Source: Planctomycetota bacterium (lineage in GTDB: Bacteria; Planctomycetota; PLA2; JAEUHO01). Taken from it: a stretch of DNA of 64,000 bases. Shown here one piece after another: positions 1 through 17,798 of this stretch (positions within the stretch are counted from its first letter, which is position 1; every line of letters begins with the position of its first letter). The DNA lies in assembly GCA_050248855.1 (NCBI GenBank), contig JBFWRP010000011.1, positions 77,259 to 141,258 on the forward strand, given 5' to 3'. Below the pieces are notes generated by a model. It was not told where the DNA came from and did not search any database. It worked only from the letters and a program-made list of their open reading frames with translations. The position numbers and the translations under genes are program-made.

Positions 1-3554
<3,554 letters not shown>

Positions 3555-3645
3555 GGTGCCCTCGCTCGTCTCGGTTCCCGGTGGCTACCCGACTTGCTTC
3601 CCGTGGCGATCACGGTGCCGCGCGGCCGCGAAGCCGCGCGCACGC

Positions 3646-7446
<3,801 letters not shown>

Positions 7447-8027
7447 GCGCGGCTCCCTTCGCGGGTGCGGAGGCCGCGTACGTGCGCGGGAGGTGGCCGC
7501 GGGTGCCGACACGCGACTGCGGCGCAACATCGCCAACAGCGCGTGGAGGCTTGCGGCTTGCCGGAAGCGCGAAGGCTCGGCAAGCAGACCCTTGATGCGG
7601 ACGCCCGTCCCTGGCACGCGACGCGACGTCCCCGAAGGGACGCGCCTCCACGCGAGGTGTTCGTGAGGATCGAGGCCCGCCCGGTCAGCGGCTTCCGTCT
7701 GGCGCCCGTCCCGGCCTGCAAGGGGGCGGGGCTTTCGAAGCCGCAGGGGCATCGCGGTCACCTGGTGCGGCGGCCGCGGGAGGGGAAGGGTAGCGGGGAA
7801 GCGTGGGCCTGGCCCATCGGGGCAGACCGTTCACCGCCAAGGGGCAACCCGGGAGGCTCCCGGACGACCCGTCCATGCGGCCCCACGGAGCCGCCGGGGC
7901 CTCGGCGGGGCGGCCGGCCGTCCGGCCCGCATCCAGGCCAAGACGTGCCGACCAGCCCAGGGAGGCCGGAAGGGAGCAGTACGGAGCGGAGCCAGACGGC
8001 CGGGACATGCCGGCCGTCGGGTCGGAT

Positions 8028-8438
8028 CTACTTGATCTCGACCTCGGCGCCCGCGTCCTCGAGCTCCTTCTTGATCTTCTCGGCGTCCTCCTTGGAGGCG
8101 CCCTCCTTGACCGGCTTCGGAGCGCCGTCGACCAGGTCCTTGGCCTCCTTGAGGCCCAGGCCGGTGATGCTGCGCACCACCTTGATCACGGCGATCTTCT
8201 GCTGGCCGGCGCTCTTCAGGATGACGTCGAAGGAGGTCTTCTCCTCCGCCGCCTCGGCGCCGCCGCCACCCGCACCGGGGGCGACCATGGCCACCGCCGC
8301 GGGAGCCGCAGCCGACACGCCCCAGCGCTCTTCGAGCGCCTTCACGAGCTTCGCGGCCTTGGCAATGGTGAGGCCATCGAGCTTCTCGAAGATGGCCTGG
8401 AGGTCGTCCTCGAGGACGATCGTCTGTTCATCGGACAT
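8028..8438 (-). CDS. rplL: 50S ribosomal protein L7/L12
   Basis: [11 protein letters not shown]...[33 protein letters not shown]; canonical position. Confidence 0.99.
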   Translation of the reverse strand: MSDEQTIVLEDDLQAIFEKLDGLTIAKAAKLVKALEERWGVSAAAPAAVAMVAPGAGGGGAEAAEEKTSFDVILKSAGQQKIAVIKVVRSITGLGLKEAKDLVDGAPKPVKEGASKEDAEKIKKELEDAGAEVEIK

Positions 8439-8600
8439 GGTTCGGACTCCTGGAACGTGATCGGCGACGATCGTCGTGTGCCAAGCCCGTCTCGGCCGCC
8501 GCTCGAATCCAACTCGTCAAGGGCCCCCACCCGCGGGATGCCCCCTGGTCTTGTCGCGCTGCACGCGGCGACGCTCGCCGCGCGCAATGCATGGTCTGCC

Positions 8601-9158
8601 TCAGGCCTCGCCGGCCTCCTCGCCGCCGCCCTGCTGGTCGACGCGCGCCTGCAGGCACCGCGCCAACCCGCCGTACACGGCCGACAGGCTGACGGCGATC
8701 CCGCGGGGGACCCCCATCACCGCGCCCAGCATCATGGCGCGCAGCTGCGGCAGGTCGGGCATGTCCGCCAGCGTGCTCGCCTCCTCTTCGAGGAGCAGCT
8801 CGCCGTCGGCAACCGCACCCTTGAGCTTCAAGGGCTTCCACTTGCGGCTCCACTCCCGGACCACCTTCGCGATCGGGATGGGGCCGTCGCCGCCGAAGGC
8901 GATCGCCGTGGGGCCCGCGAGCAGCGGGTCCAAGGCCTCGCTGCCCTCGCCGAACCACTTGCGGTTCATGGCGACCTGGGCCGTGCGGTTGTGGATCACC
9001 TGGAGGCGCGCACCGCCGGCCTTCTCGCGAAGGTCGCCGCGGAACGCCATGGTGCTCTCGACGGTCATCGCACCCGTCTCGAGGATGAGCAGGCCGTTGT
9101 GTCCCTCGAGCGCTTGCTCGAGCTGGTCGGCCATCATCCGCTTCAACGCTTTGGCCAT
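8601..9158 (-). CDS. rplJ: 50S ribosomal protein L10
   Basis: L10-like (LQVIHNRTA, LAGPTAIAF, LKLKGAV, LADMP); lies between rplA and rplL. Confidence 0.95.
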   Translation of the reverse strand: MAKALKRMMADQLEQALEGHNGLLILETGAMTVESTMAFRGDLREKAGGARLQVIHNRTAQVAMNRKWFGEGSEALDPLLAGPTAIAFGGDGPIPIAKVVREWSRKWKPLKLKGAVADGELLLEEEASTLADMPDLPQLRAMMLGAVMGVPRGIAVSLSAVYGGLARCLQARVDQQGGGEEAGEA

Positions 9159-9217
9159 GATCGGCTCCTCGTCGTGGAGGGCGCAAGCGCCCGTGCCCCG
9201 GTCCGCCTGCCTGGTGG

Positions 9218-9907
9218 CTACGCCACGTCCAGCGTCACCCCCGGCGTCATCGTGCCGGAGATGGAGACCTTGCGGATGTAGGCGCCCTTGACCGCCGAGG
9301 GCTTCAAACCGCGAACGTGCTCCAGGAAGTGGAGGACGTTCTCCTGGATCTTCTGCGGGGCGAAGCTGCGCTTGCCCACGGGCACGTGGAGGTTGCCGCC
9401 GCTGTCGGCGCGGAACTCCACCTTGCCGGCCTTGAACTCGGCCACCGCCTCGCCGATGCGATCGGTCACGGTGCCCGACTTGGGGCTGGGCATCTTGCCC
9501 TGCGGACCGAGGACGCGACCCAGGCGACCCGCGATGCGCATCATGGACGGGTGCGCAATGCAGATGTCGAAGTCGGTCCAGCCGGCGTTGATCTTCTCGG
9601 CGAGGTCCTCGCCGCCCACTTCATCAGCGCCAGCGGCCCGCGCCGCCTCGGCCGCCTCGCCCTCGGCGAACACGACGACGCTGCGCGACTGGCCGATGCC
9701 GTGCGGCATCGCGACGCTGCCGCGCACCATCTGGTCGCTCTTCTTGGGGTCGATGCCCAGGCGGACGTGCAGCTCGACGGTCTCGTCGAAGCGCGCCTTG
9801 GGAAACTGACCCAGCACCTGGAGGCCGGCGCCGATGTCGTAGCGCTTGAGCTTCTCGTAGCCCGGCGTGGCCAGGGCAGCACGGTAGCGCTTGGTGGTTC
9901 GCGTCAT
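9218..9907 (-). CDS. rplA: 50S ribosomal protein L1
   Basis: FDETVELHVRLGIDPKKSDQMVRGSVAMPHG, LGRVLGPQGKMPSPKSGTVT; ATG 9907 with a GAAGGAG RBS. Confidence 0.98.
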   Translation of the reverse strand: MTRTTKRYRAALATPGYEKLKRYDIGAGLQVLGQFPKARFDETVELHVRLGIDPKKSDQMVRGSVAMPHGIGQSRSVVVFAEGEAAEAARAAGADEVGGEDLAEKINAGWTDFDICIAHPSMMRIAGRLGRVLGPQGKMPSPKSGTVTDRIGEAVAEFKAGKVEFRADSGGNLHVPVGKRSFAPQKIQENVLHFLEHVRGLKPSAVKGAYIRKVSISGTMTPGVTLDVA

Positions 9908-10024
9908 CCGCGTCTCCTTCACTCTCCCGTCCCGACACGCGGAGGTCAGGGCGGTGGCCGAGTTCCCCCCCGGAAACCGGGAGGAACGGGGGATGTTGCA
10001 GGCAGGGCGTGATCCCACGAACGG

Positions 10025-10057
10025 AAAACCGGGGGGCGCACGCGTGCGCCCCCCGGT
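10025..10057 (-). terminator. Intrinsic terminator after the PASTA gene, upstream of rplA
   Basis: Perfect 30-bp palindrome ACCGGGGGGCGCACGCGTGCGCCCCCCGGT (10028-10057) followed by a short T run on the minus strand. Confidence 0.7.
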
Positions 10058-10083
10058 CCGGGGTGGTTGGCCTGGGGCGGCTC

Positions 10084-12441
10084 CTAGTTCTTGATGGTGA
10101 TCGTGACCGTCGAGCCCTTGGCCACGGTCGCGCCCGGGGCCGGGTTCTGGATCTTGACCCGGGTCGGGGGCGGGAAGCCGGGGACCTTGACGACCGAGAC
10201 CTGCAGGCCCTTGGCCAGGATGGCCATCCGGGCCTGGATCTCCGTCTTGCCGATCACGTTGGGGACCTGGACGAGCTGGAGGACCGGACCGCCGCCCCCA
10301 CCGGGGCCCACGCCGATCGCGAACGTCAAGCTGATCGTGGTGTTCTTCGCCACGAGCTGACCCGCCGGTCGCGACTGGGACACCACCCGCGCCAGCGGGA
10401 AGCTGTGCGGGCCCGCGTAGGCCCCGCCCAGGTCCGCCGCCGCGAGCGCCGCAGCGGCCTGGGCCTTCGTCTTGCCGATCAGGTTCGGGACGGTGGTCAG
10501 GTTGATCGGCGGGACGACGATGCCGGCGAAGGTGGCCTTCACCGTGGAGCTGACGGCCACCAGCGTGCCCGCCGGCGGCTGCTGCGAGCTGACCTTGGCC
10601 CCGGGCAGGTTGTGGGCACCCAACCACTGGTGCTGCAGGTCCGCCGCCGACAGCAGGGCCGCCGCCTGGGCCTTGTTCTTGCCGTGCAGGTTCGGAACGA
10701 GGCGGAACTGCAGGCCGGGTCCCGGCGGACCGACGACCAGCTGGAACACGACCGTGATGACCGTGCCCTTGGCCACCTGCTGACCGGCGGGTCGGCTCTG
10801 GGCCGCAACGCGGGCCCCGGCGATCAGGTGCGGGCCCTGCCACTGATGCCCCAGCTGGGCGGCAGCCAGCAGGGCGCTGGCCTGGGCCTTGGTCTTGCCG
10901 ACCAGATTGGGCACCGTCGTCAGGATGGGCGCCAGGCCCTTGCGCTTGAAGCGCACCGTCACCGTGCTGCCCTTGGGCACGATCGTGCCGGCCGGCGGGA
11001 GCGTGCTCACCACCTCCGTGAGCGGTCCGATCCCCCCGATCTGCAGGAGCAGCGCACCGAGGCCGGCGGTGTCGAGCATGCTCTCCGCCTGCTGGACGGA
11101 GAGGCCGACCACGTTCGGCACGGCCACGGGCGGCGCCTGGATGTCGTAGCGGAAGGTGACGCGCGACCCGCGCGCGACGCGGTCCCCGGGCGCGACGTCC
11201 TGCTGGATGACGCGCGTGGTGCCGGGCTGGAGCGGACCGACGCGGTCGGCGTCGCCCAAGAGGCCCACGGCGGCGAGTGCGGCGAACGCCTGGCTCTTGG
11301 TGCGCCCGATCAGGTTGGGCATCGAGGACGTCGCCGGCAGGCGCAGGAGCACGTCCGCGCCCGGTGCCACTTCGGCGCCGGCCGGCGGGAACTGGCGCGC
11401 GACCCGATCGACCGGCGAACCGGGCAACACGACGAACGAGACCTGGGCGCGCAGGCCGGCGGCCTGGATCGCGGCCACGGCGTCAAAGCGCGAGAGGCCC
11501 TCCACCGGCGGTACCGCGACCGTGGTCGGCGGCGGCGGCGCCTTGGAGACGTCCACGCCGATCACCGTGCCGAGCTCGACGGACTGGCCGGCGGGTACGT
11601 GCTGCGCGACGACGCGGTTGGGCGCGCCCGATGCATCCACGAACACGATGTCGAGGTCGAACCCGGCCTCGGCGGCGAGCGTCTGGGCCTCGCCCAGTGA
11701 CTTGCCGACCAGGTTGGGAACCTGCGCGGTCAACGCCGGAGGCACGACGTCGCCGCCGTGGCGCGCGATCGTGATGCGCACGCGCGCACCCGGCACGACC
11801 TCGCTGTTGCTGCCCGGGTCCTGGGCCACGACCGTGCCGGGCGCGCCGGCGTCGTCGTCCACTTCGCTGGCCTCGACGCGCAGGCCCAGCTGCTCGATCT
11901 CCGCACGCGCTTCGTCCGCCGTCAGGCCAAGCACCGCGGGCACGCGCACCGAGCGGCGCAGCACCCGCAGTCGCAAGCGGTCGTGTGCGTAGAGCGAAGC
12001 GCCGGCGGCAGGTTCCTGGCCGACGACGTTGCCGTTCTCGCCCGTACCGGTGGCGACGTAGGCGATCTCGAGGAAGTACGTTCCGTCGAGGGCATCGACG
12101 ACGTCCTGCTCTGCCAAGCCGACGACATCGGGCACGACCGTCTGGATGAGTCGCTCCGCACCGACGACGAGGACGATGTCACTGTCACCCGTGACGGGCG
12201 TTCCGGCAGCAGGTGCCTGCTCGAGCACTTCATCGACGCGGTCCGAGGCGAGAAGCCGGACACGAGCGGAGAGACCGGCCTCGGCCAGCTCGGCACCGGC
12301 GTCGGCCTCGGTCTTGCCGACGAGGTCGGGCATGGCGGTATCGGCCGCGTACGCACGGGGCGCGCCGAGCAGGGCCACGAGCATCGCGGCCACGAAGACG
12401 AGCAGCGCACCGGGGCGCGCACCGGACAGACGGATGGACAT
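10084..12441 (-). CDS. Secreted protein composed of 11 tandem PASTA domains
   Basis: Signal peptide (MSIRLSGARPGALLVFVAAMLVALLGAPRAYA-A), then 11 units of the form (V/M)P(N/D)(L/V)xG(K/L)txxxAxxxLxxaGL...V(V/I)xQxPxaGxxVxxGxxVxL. No catalytic domain seen. Confidence 0.9.
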   Translation of the reverse strand: MSIRLSGARPGALLVFVAAMLVALLGAPRAYAADTAMPDLVGKTEADAGAELAEAGLSARVRLLASDRVDEVLEQAPAAGTPVTGDSDIVLVVGAERLIQTVVPDVVGLAEQDVVDALDGTYFLEIAYVATGTGENGNVVGQEPAAGASLYAHDRLRLRVLRRSVRVPAVLGLTADEARAEIEQLGLRVEASEVDDDAGAPGTVVAQDPGSNSEVVPGARVRITIARHGGDVVPPALTAQVPNLVGKSLGEAQTLAAEAGFDLDIVFVDASGAPNRVVAQHVPAGQSVELGTVIGVDVSKAPPPPTTVAVPPVEGLSRFDAVAAIQAAGLRAQVSFVVLPGSPVDRVARQFPPAGAEVAPGADVLLRLPATSSMPNLIGRTKSQAFAALAAVGLLGDADRVGPLQPGTTRVIQQDVAPGDRVARGSRVTFRYDIQAPPVAVPNVVGLSVQQAESMLDTAGLGALLLQIGGIGPLTEVVSTLPPAGTIVPKGSTVTVRFKRKGLAPILTTVPNLVGKTKAQASALLAAAQLGHQWQGPHLIAGARVAAQSRPAGQQVAKGTVITVVFQLVVGPPGPGLQFRLVPNLHGKNKAQAAALLSAADLQHQWLGAHNLPGAKVSSQQPPAGTLVAVSSTVKATFAGIVVPPINLTTVPNLIGKTKAQAAAALAAADLGGAYAGPHSFPLARVVSQSRPAGQLVAKNTTISLTFAIGVGPGGGGGPVLQLVQVPNVIGKTEIQARMAILAKGLQVSVVKVPGFPPPTRVKIQNPAPGATVAKGSTVTITIKN

Positions 12442-12783
12442 GTTCGACTCCGAGGACCGTGGGCGGTCCGGCGCCGCCATGGCAACCGCCGGGCCAAAGC
12501 GGATCATGCCGCCGCCGAGCCCCCCGGCGCCAGCCTGCAGCAGGCCCGGAATTCCGGGCTTCGGGAGAGTCAGCCCCTCGGGCCAGTCGACGCCCGGACA
12601 CTGTCCCCGGGCGAGGACGACCGTGCAGCCCACCGGGGCCACTCCCGCGCGGTGTCGCCGCGACGTGGAGTGCGCGTGTGCGGTTGGCGCACGAGAACGC
12701 CCCGTGGGCGCCGTACGGCGGCCGGCGCTCGCCGCTCGCAGGAGCCTGGCACGCGTTCCGCGCCGCCAGCTGCGTCTGCGCGG

Positions 12784-13206
12784 CTACTCGACGTCGATGC
12801 CCATCGAGCGGGCGGTGCCCGCGATGATCTTGGAGGCCGCGTCGATGTCGAAGGCATTGAGATCGCGCATCTTCTTCTCGGCGATCTCCTGCACCTGCTT
12901 CTTCGTCACCTTGCCGACCTTCGTGGTGTTCGGCGTGCCGCTGCCCTTGGGGATGCCGGCGGCCTTGCGCAGCAGCACGGCCGCAGGTGGGCTCTTCAGC
13001 TCGAACTCGAACGAGCGGTCGGTGTAGACCGTCAGCACGACGGGAATGATCAGGCCGCGGTCGGCGGCCGTCGCGTCGTTGAAGCGCTTGACGAACTCGC
13101 CGATGTTGACGCCGTGCTGACCGAGGGCCGGGCCGACGGGCGGCGCAGGCGTCGCCTGACCCGCGGGGCACTGCAGCTTGATCTTCGCCTTGACTTCCTT
13201 GGCCAT
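12784..13206 (-). CDS. rplK: 50S ribosomal protein L11
   Basis: [34 protein letters not shown]...[11 protein letters not shown]. Confidence 0.99.
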   Translation of the reverse strand: MAKEVKAKIKLQCPAGQATPAPPVGPALGQHGVNIGEFVKRFNDATAADRGLIIPVVLTVYTDRSFEFELKSPPAAVLLRKAAGIPKGSGTPNTTKVGKVTKKQVQEIAEKKMRDLNAFDIDAASKIIAGTARSMGIDVE

Positions 13207-13263
13207 GGCACGTTCGCCTTTCTACGGCATCCCGGGCGGCCCGGGACCCATGCTTCGATCGCT

Positions 13264-13815
13264 CTAGATGATCTCGACTTGCCAGTATTCCAGCTCGACC
13301 GGTGTCTCGCGGCCGAAGATCGTGACGGTCACCCGCACGATGCCCTTCGCCGGGATCACCTCGTCCACCTTGCCCTCGAAGGACTCGAGCGGACCTTCCT
13401 TGATCTTGACGCTGTCCCCCGGCTTGAGCGCGATCTTGAGCTGCGGAGCACGCTCTTCGTCGCGCTGCATGGAGGCCAGGAGGCGCTCCACCTCGGCCGG
13501 GTCCAGCGGGTCGGGGCTGCCGTGGGGTCCGACGAAGTCGCCGACCCCCGCGGTCTCCCGCACCAGGAACCAGACGTCGCGGGGCACCTTGCCCTCGGCG
13601 TCCTCCTCCACCTCGAGCAGGACATACCCGGGGTAGAGCTTCTTCTTGCGCGTGCGCTTCTTGCCGGCCTTCAGCTCGGTGACGACTTCCATGGGCACGA
13701 GCACGCGGGGCACGATGCTCTCGCGGCCCTCGGTCTTCAGGCGGCGCGTGAGGGCGGTCTGGACCGTCCCTTCACGTCCGCTCTGCACTCGAACCACGTA
13801 CCAGCGCCTGGCCAT
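13264..13815 (-). CDS. nusG: Transcription termination/antitermination factor NusG
   Basis: WYVVRVQSGRE, KLYPGYVLLE, KOW motif GDSVKIKEGPLESFEG, IFGRETPVELEYWQVE. Confidence 0.98.
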   Translation of the reverse strand: MARRWYVVRVQSGREGTVQTALTRRLKTEGRESIVPRVLVPMEVVTELKAGKKRTRKKKLYPGYVLLEVEEDAEGKVPRDVWFLVRETAGVGDFVGPHGSPDPLDPAEVERLLASMQRDEERAPQLKIALKPGDSVKIKEGPLESFEGKVDEVIPAKGIVRVTVTIFGRETPVELEYWQVEII

Positions 13816-13881
13816 TTCCGCCGTCCCCGTTCCGCCAGGAGCCGACCGCGGTCGGACTCCGGGCACGTTTGCCCTCGCGAT

Positions 13882-14298
13882 CTAGTGGAAGATCAGGTGG
13901 AAGACCCGACGCAGGGCCCAGTCGAACCCGTACAGGCTCAGTCCCAGCACCACGGTCACCACCACGACCACGATCGTGGCGCTCTTCACTTCGCGGCGCG
14001 AAGGCCACGAGACCTTGCGCATCTCGCTCTCGGTGTCGATCAGCGCGTCCACCAGGCGCGGCCGGTTGAGCACGAGATGCACGGCCAGGAGGCCGAGCAG
14101 GAACACACCGAAGGCGAGCGCCTTCCAGATGTTCACGTCACCGATCAACGGCAGGCCCTTGACCCAGACGGCCGAGTCCAGCTGGTTGAAGGTGGCGAAG
14201 AACTGGATGGCGCCGAAGGCAACGAGGATCGCGCAGCAGACGTACGCCGCGATACGCGCCCAGGCGCCTTGGCCCTTTTTCAGGATTTCGAGCTGCAT
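13882..14298 (-). CDS. secE: Preprotein translocase subunit SecE (three-TM type)
   Basis: LIDTESEMRKVSWPSRREVKSATIVV motif; lies between tRNA-Trp and nusG. Confidence 0.95.
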   Translation of the reverse strand: MQLEILKKGQGAWARIAAYVCCAILVAFGAIQFFATFNQLDSAVWVKGLPLIGDVNIWKALAFGVFLLGLLAVHLVLNRPRLVDALIDTESEMRKVSWPSRREVKSATIVVVVVTVVLGLSLYGFDWALRRVFHLIFH

Positions 14299-14362
14299 TC
14301 CCGTGGACTCCCGGTCCCGCGCGCGGCCCCCCCTTCGGGGGCGGCCCACGCCTCGCGAAGCG

Positions 14363-14438
14363 TGGCACGGCCGGAGGGACTCGAACCCCCAACCTGCTGA
14401 TTTGGAATCAGCTGCTCTACCAATTGAGCTACAGCCGT
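14363..14438 (-). tRNA. tRNA-Trp (CCA)
   Basis: ACGGCTGTAGCTCAATTGGTAGAGCAGCTGATTCCAAATCAGCAGGTTGGGGGTTCGAGTCCCTCCGGCCGTGCCA; cloverleaf, anticodon CCA, encoded CCA end. Confidence 0.97.
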
Positions 14439-14484
14439 CCGCGTACGAACCTCGCAACGAACCGCCGTGAGGCGGGCCGCCGCG

Positions 14485-14658
14485 CTACTTCTTCTTGCTC
14501 TCCTTGTGGAGCGTGTGCTTCTGCAACCGCGGGCAGTACTTCATGAGCTCCAGCTTGTACGGGTTGCCCTTGATGCGTTTCTGCACGCGGTAGTTCAGGT
14601 CGCCCGTCTCGGTGCACTGCAGCCAGACGTAGCCTCGTGCCTGGGCGGCTTTGGCCAT
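14485..14658 (-). CDS. rpmG: 50S ribosomal protein L33
   Basis: Translated by hand: [57 protein letters not shown]. Below the ORF-track size cut-off. Confidence 0.95.
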   Translation of the reverse strand: MAKAAQARGYVWLQCTETGDLNYRVQKRIKGNPYKLELMKYCPRLQKHTLHKESKKK

Positions 14659-14799
14659 GGCGCACTCCTCCGGCCCTGGAAGGCCCGCTGCGCGACCCCC
14701 CGGACGGCTTCAGGCGAGCCGCCTCGGCTCGCCTTCCGCCCCCGCGGGGCATCGCGCCGGGACGGCCCCCGAGGGGCCGCCCCGTCGTTCTCGATCGCC

Positions 14800-16008
<1,209 letters not shown>

Positions 16009-16527
16009 GTGTGGCTGTCCTCCGAGGGTCCGTCCGGCCTCGCGCTCCCTGGTCCAGCGACTCGTGGACCGGTGAAGCGCCGTGGGCTGGAGGGCGACTC
16101 CTGCTCGCTGTTGCGGATGTTCGTTACGGAAAAGGTTCGTTACGGGGAAAGGGGTGTCGAGGGTTCGGCCCGCGTGGGTCGGTCCCGCCGAGGTGGGCGC
16201 CGCGTGGACGGCGCGCGCGACACGTCACGTGGATGACGCAATCGCGCGGGGGGCCAAGCAACCTCGGAACGCACGTCCGCACGGACGACTCCCGTCGCTT
16301 CCGTGCACTTGCGCCTCCCGAAGGACGGCTCGGCCCACCACGGCCGCTCCCCCTACGTCACGGCCGGGGCCGCGCCGCCTGGGGAGCGCAGTACGTTACG
16401 GACGGACCGGCCGGATGCCGACCTCCGCCCGCGAGATTCCGACACGAATCGGGAGCCGCGCCGTCCCGGGCGGCCGGCCGGCCGGGCTACCCCGGGTCAC
16501 GCTGCCGGCGTCTGCCGAGCTCCCCGA

Positions 16528-16600
16528 CCGGGCAATGTCCCCCTCCGGGCAATGTCCCCTATCGGGCAATGTCCCCTACCGGGCAATGTCCCCTACCGGG
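16528..16600. repeat. Tandem repeat, 17-bp unit CCGGGCAATGTCCCCTA, about 4.3 copies
   Basis: Four copies of GGGCAATGTCCCC at a 17-bp period, between tRNA-Thr(GGT) and tuf. Confidence 0.9.
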
Positions 16601-16700
16601 CGCGCTCGGCACCGTCCGGGAGGCCCGGCGTTGCCAGGCCCCGCACGGCGACCCTCGAGCGAGGCCGCGCAGGGCGGCCAGCCGCCCCGGCCGGACGGAG

Positions 16701-16775
16701 TGGAGCTGGAGGCGGGGATTGAACCCGCGACCTCCTCCTTACCAAGGAGGTGCTCTACCACTGAGCTACTCCAGC
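16701..16775 (-). tRNA. tRNA-Thr (GGT)
   Basis: GCTGGAGTAGCTCAGTGGTAGAGCACCTCCTTGGTAAGGAGGAGGTCGCGGGTTCAATCCCCGCCTCCAGCTCCA. Confidence 0.97.
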
Positions 16776-16929
16776 GTTCGTGTGCGACTGCGGCGTTGTC
16801 GGGCTGTTCCGAGGTTGGTGCGGACTGCTCCGGCGCTCCGCAGCCCTGCGCCGTCCGCGCGGCTGCGGCCCACGCTACCCCCCCGTCCGCGCCCTCCATC
16901 CAAGCCGCCCGACCCGCGGGCGACCAGGA

Positions 16930-17003
16930 TGGAGCGGGCGATGGGAATCGAACCCACGTCAGTAGCTTGGAAGGCTACAGCTCTACCATTGAGCTACGCC
17001 CGC
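16930..17003 (-). tRNA. tRNA-Gly (TCC)
   Basis: GCGGGCGTAGCTCAATGGTAGAGCTGTAGCCTTCCAAGCTACTGACGTGGGTTCGATTCCCATCGCCCGCTCCA. Confidence 0.97.
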
Positions 17004-17049
17004 GAAGGCGACGGCCGCGAGCGCGTACGCCCTCGCCCGACGGCGGCGG

Positions 17050-17077
17050 ATCGTACGGGTCCGGCGCAGGGTTGCAA
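17050..17077 (-). promoter_or_regulatory. sigma70-type promoter for tRNA-Gly/Thr-tuf
   Basis: Minus strand TTGCAA-16 bp-TACGAT followed by a GC-rich discriminator CCGCCGCC, about 45 bp upstream of tRNA-Gly. Confidence 0.65.
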
Positions 17078-17111
17078 TCCCCGGCCGACGCCGCACGTCT
17101 CCGACCGTGCT

Positions 17112-17366
17112 TCAGTCCAGCTCGCGGATGAGGAAGTAGGTGCCTACGGCTGCGCCGACCTGCAAGAGCAGGCCCGGCAGCGCATTGCCGCCAGGAGGCG
17201 GAGGTAGGCCAGGAGGCCCCCCGGCGCAGCCGGTGGTGGGCGTGGCGATGGAGCCGAGCAACAGCACGGTGGCCATGACGCGTCCCACGCGTGCAAGGAC
17301 GTTCCTGCGACCGGCGCGTGCTCGCGCGCTCGCGGGCTTCATCCCGGTAGACCCGGTCCTCTGCAT
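17112..17366 (-). CDS. Small hypothetical protein, possible lipoprotein
   Basis: GGAGGG RBS before ATG 17366; basic N-region, hydrophobic stretch, TTGC lipobox-like motif, Pro-rich linker and hydrophobic C-terminal helix (84 aa). Confidence 0.5.
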   Translation of the reverse strand: MQRTGSTGMKPASARARAGRRNVLARVGRVMATVLLLGSIATPTTGCAGGPPGLPPPPGGNALPGLLLQVGAAVGTYFLIRELD

Positions 17367-17798
17367 GGTCGATACCCTCCCGCCCGTCCAGGGGCCGCGG
17401 AACGGGATACCGCTCGACGACCCCAACTGCCACGCTGGAGTGCGGCAGGATCCCCAGCCTGGGCCCGGATTTCGCTCCGCGACGCGCTGGCGGGGACCAA
17501 GGATGACGGCCGCGTGACGGAGGGCACGCGTCCGACCCCTGTGGTGCGGACGTGCTGCTCGGCCAGTGCCCGGTCCCGCACCCGCATCTGCTCCGCGAGA
17601 CGCAGTTCACCGCGTGGCCCGCCAAGGCGGGCCGACGCGCGGCCGCGAGGCGTCGCCGATGTGGGCGCACGACCGTCGCCCTGACGAGCTGATGCCGTGG
17701 GATGGCGCGCTGGACCCGCCGGCGTACGCCCCTGGCGGTCGAGGTTCGAGGAGCAGACGGGAGCCACGGGGGCTGGACGGCTACGACGGAGGAGCGCC

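Noticed and set aside
9908..10843. Apparent 541-aa L1 with a long N-terminal extension
   Set aside because: The extension is an alternative frame of the PASTA gene and crosses a terminator; L1 has its own RBS and ATG at 9907.
14485..14658. L33 with incomplete zinc-ribbon cysteines (CTETG / CPRL)
   Set aside because: Zinc-less L33 variants are common; not unusual.
16528..16600. Possible CRISPR array (17-bp repeats)
   Set aside because: The units are contiguous with no unique spacers, too short, and there are no cas genes.
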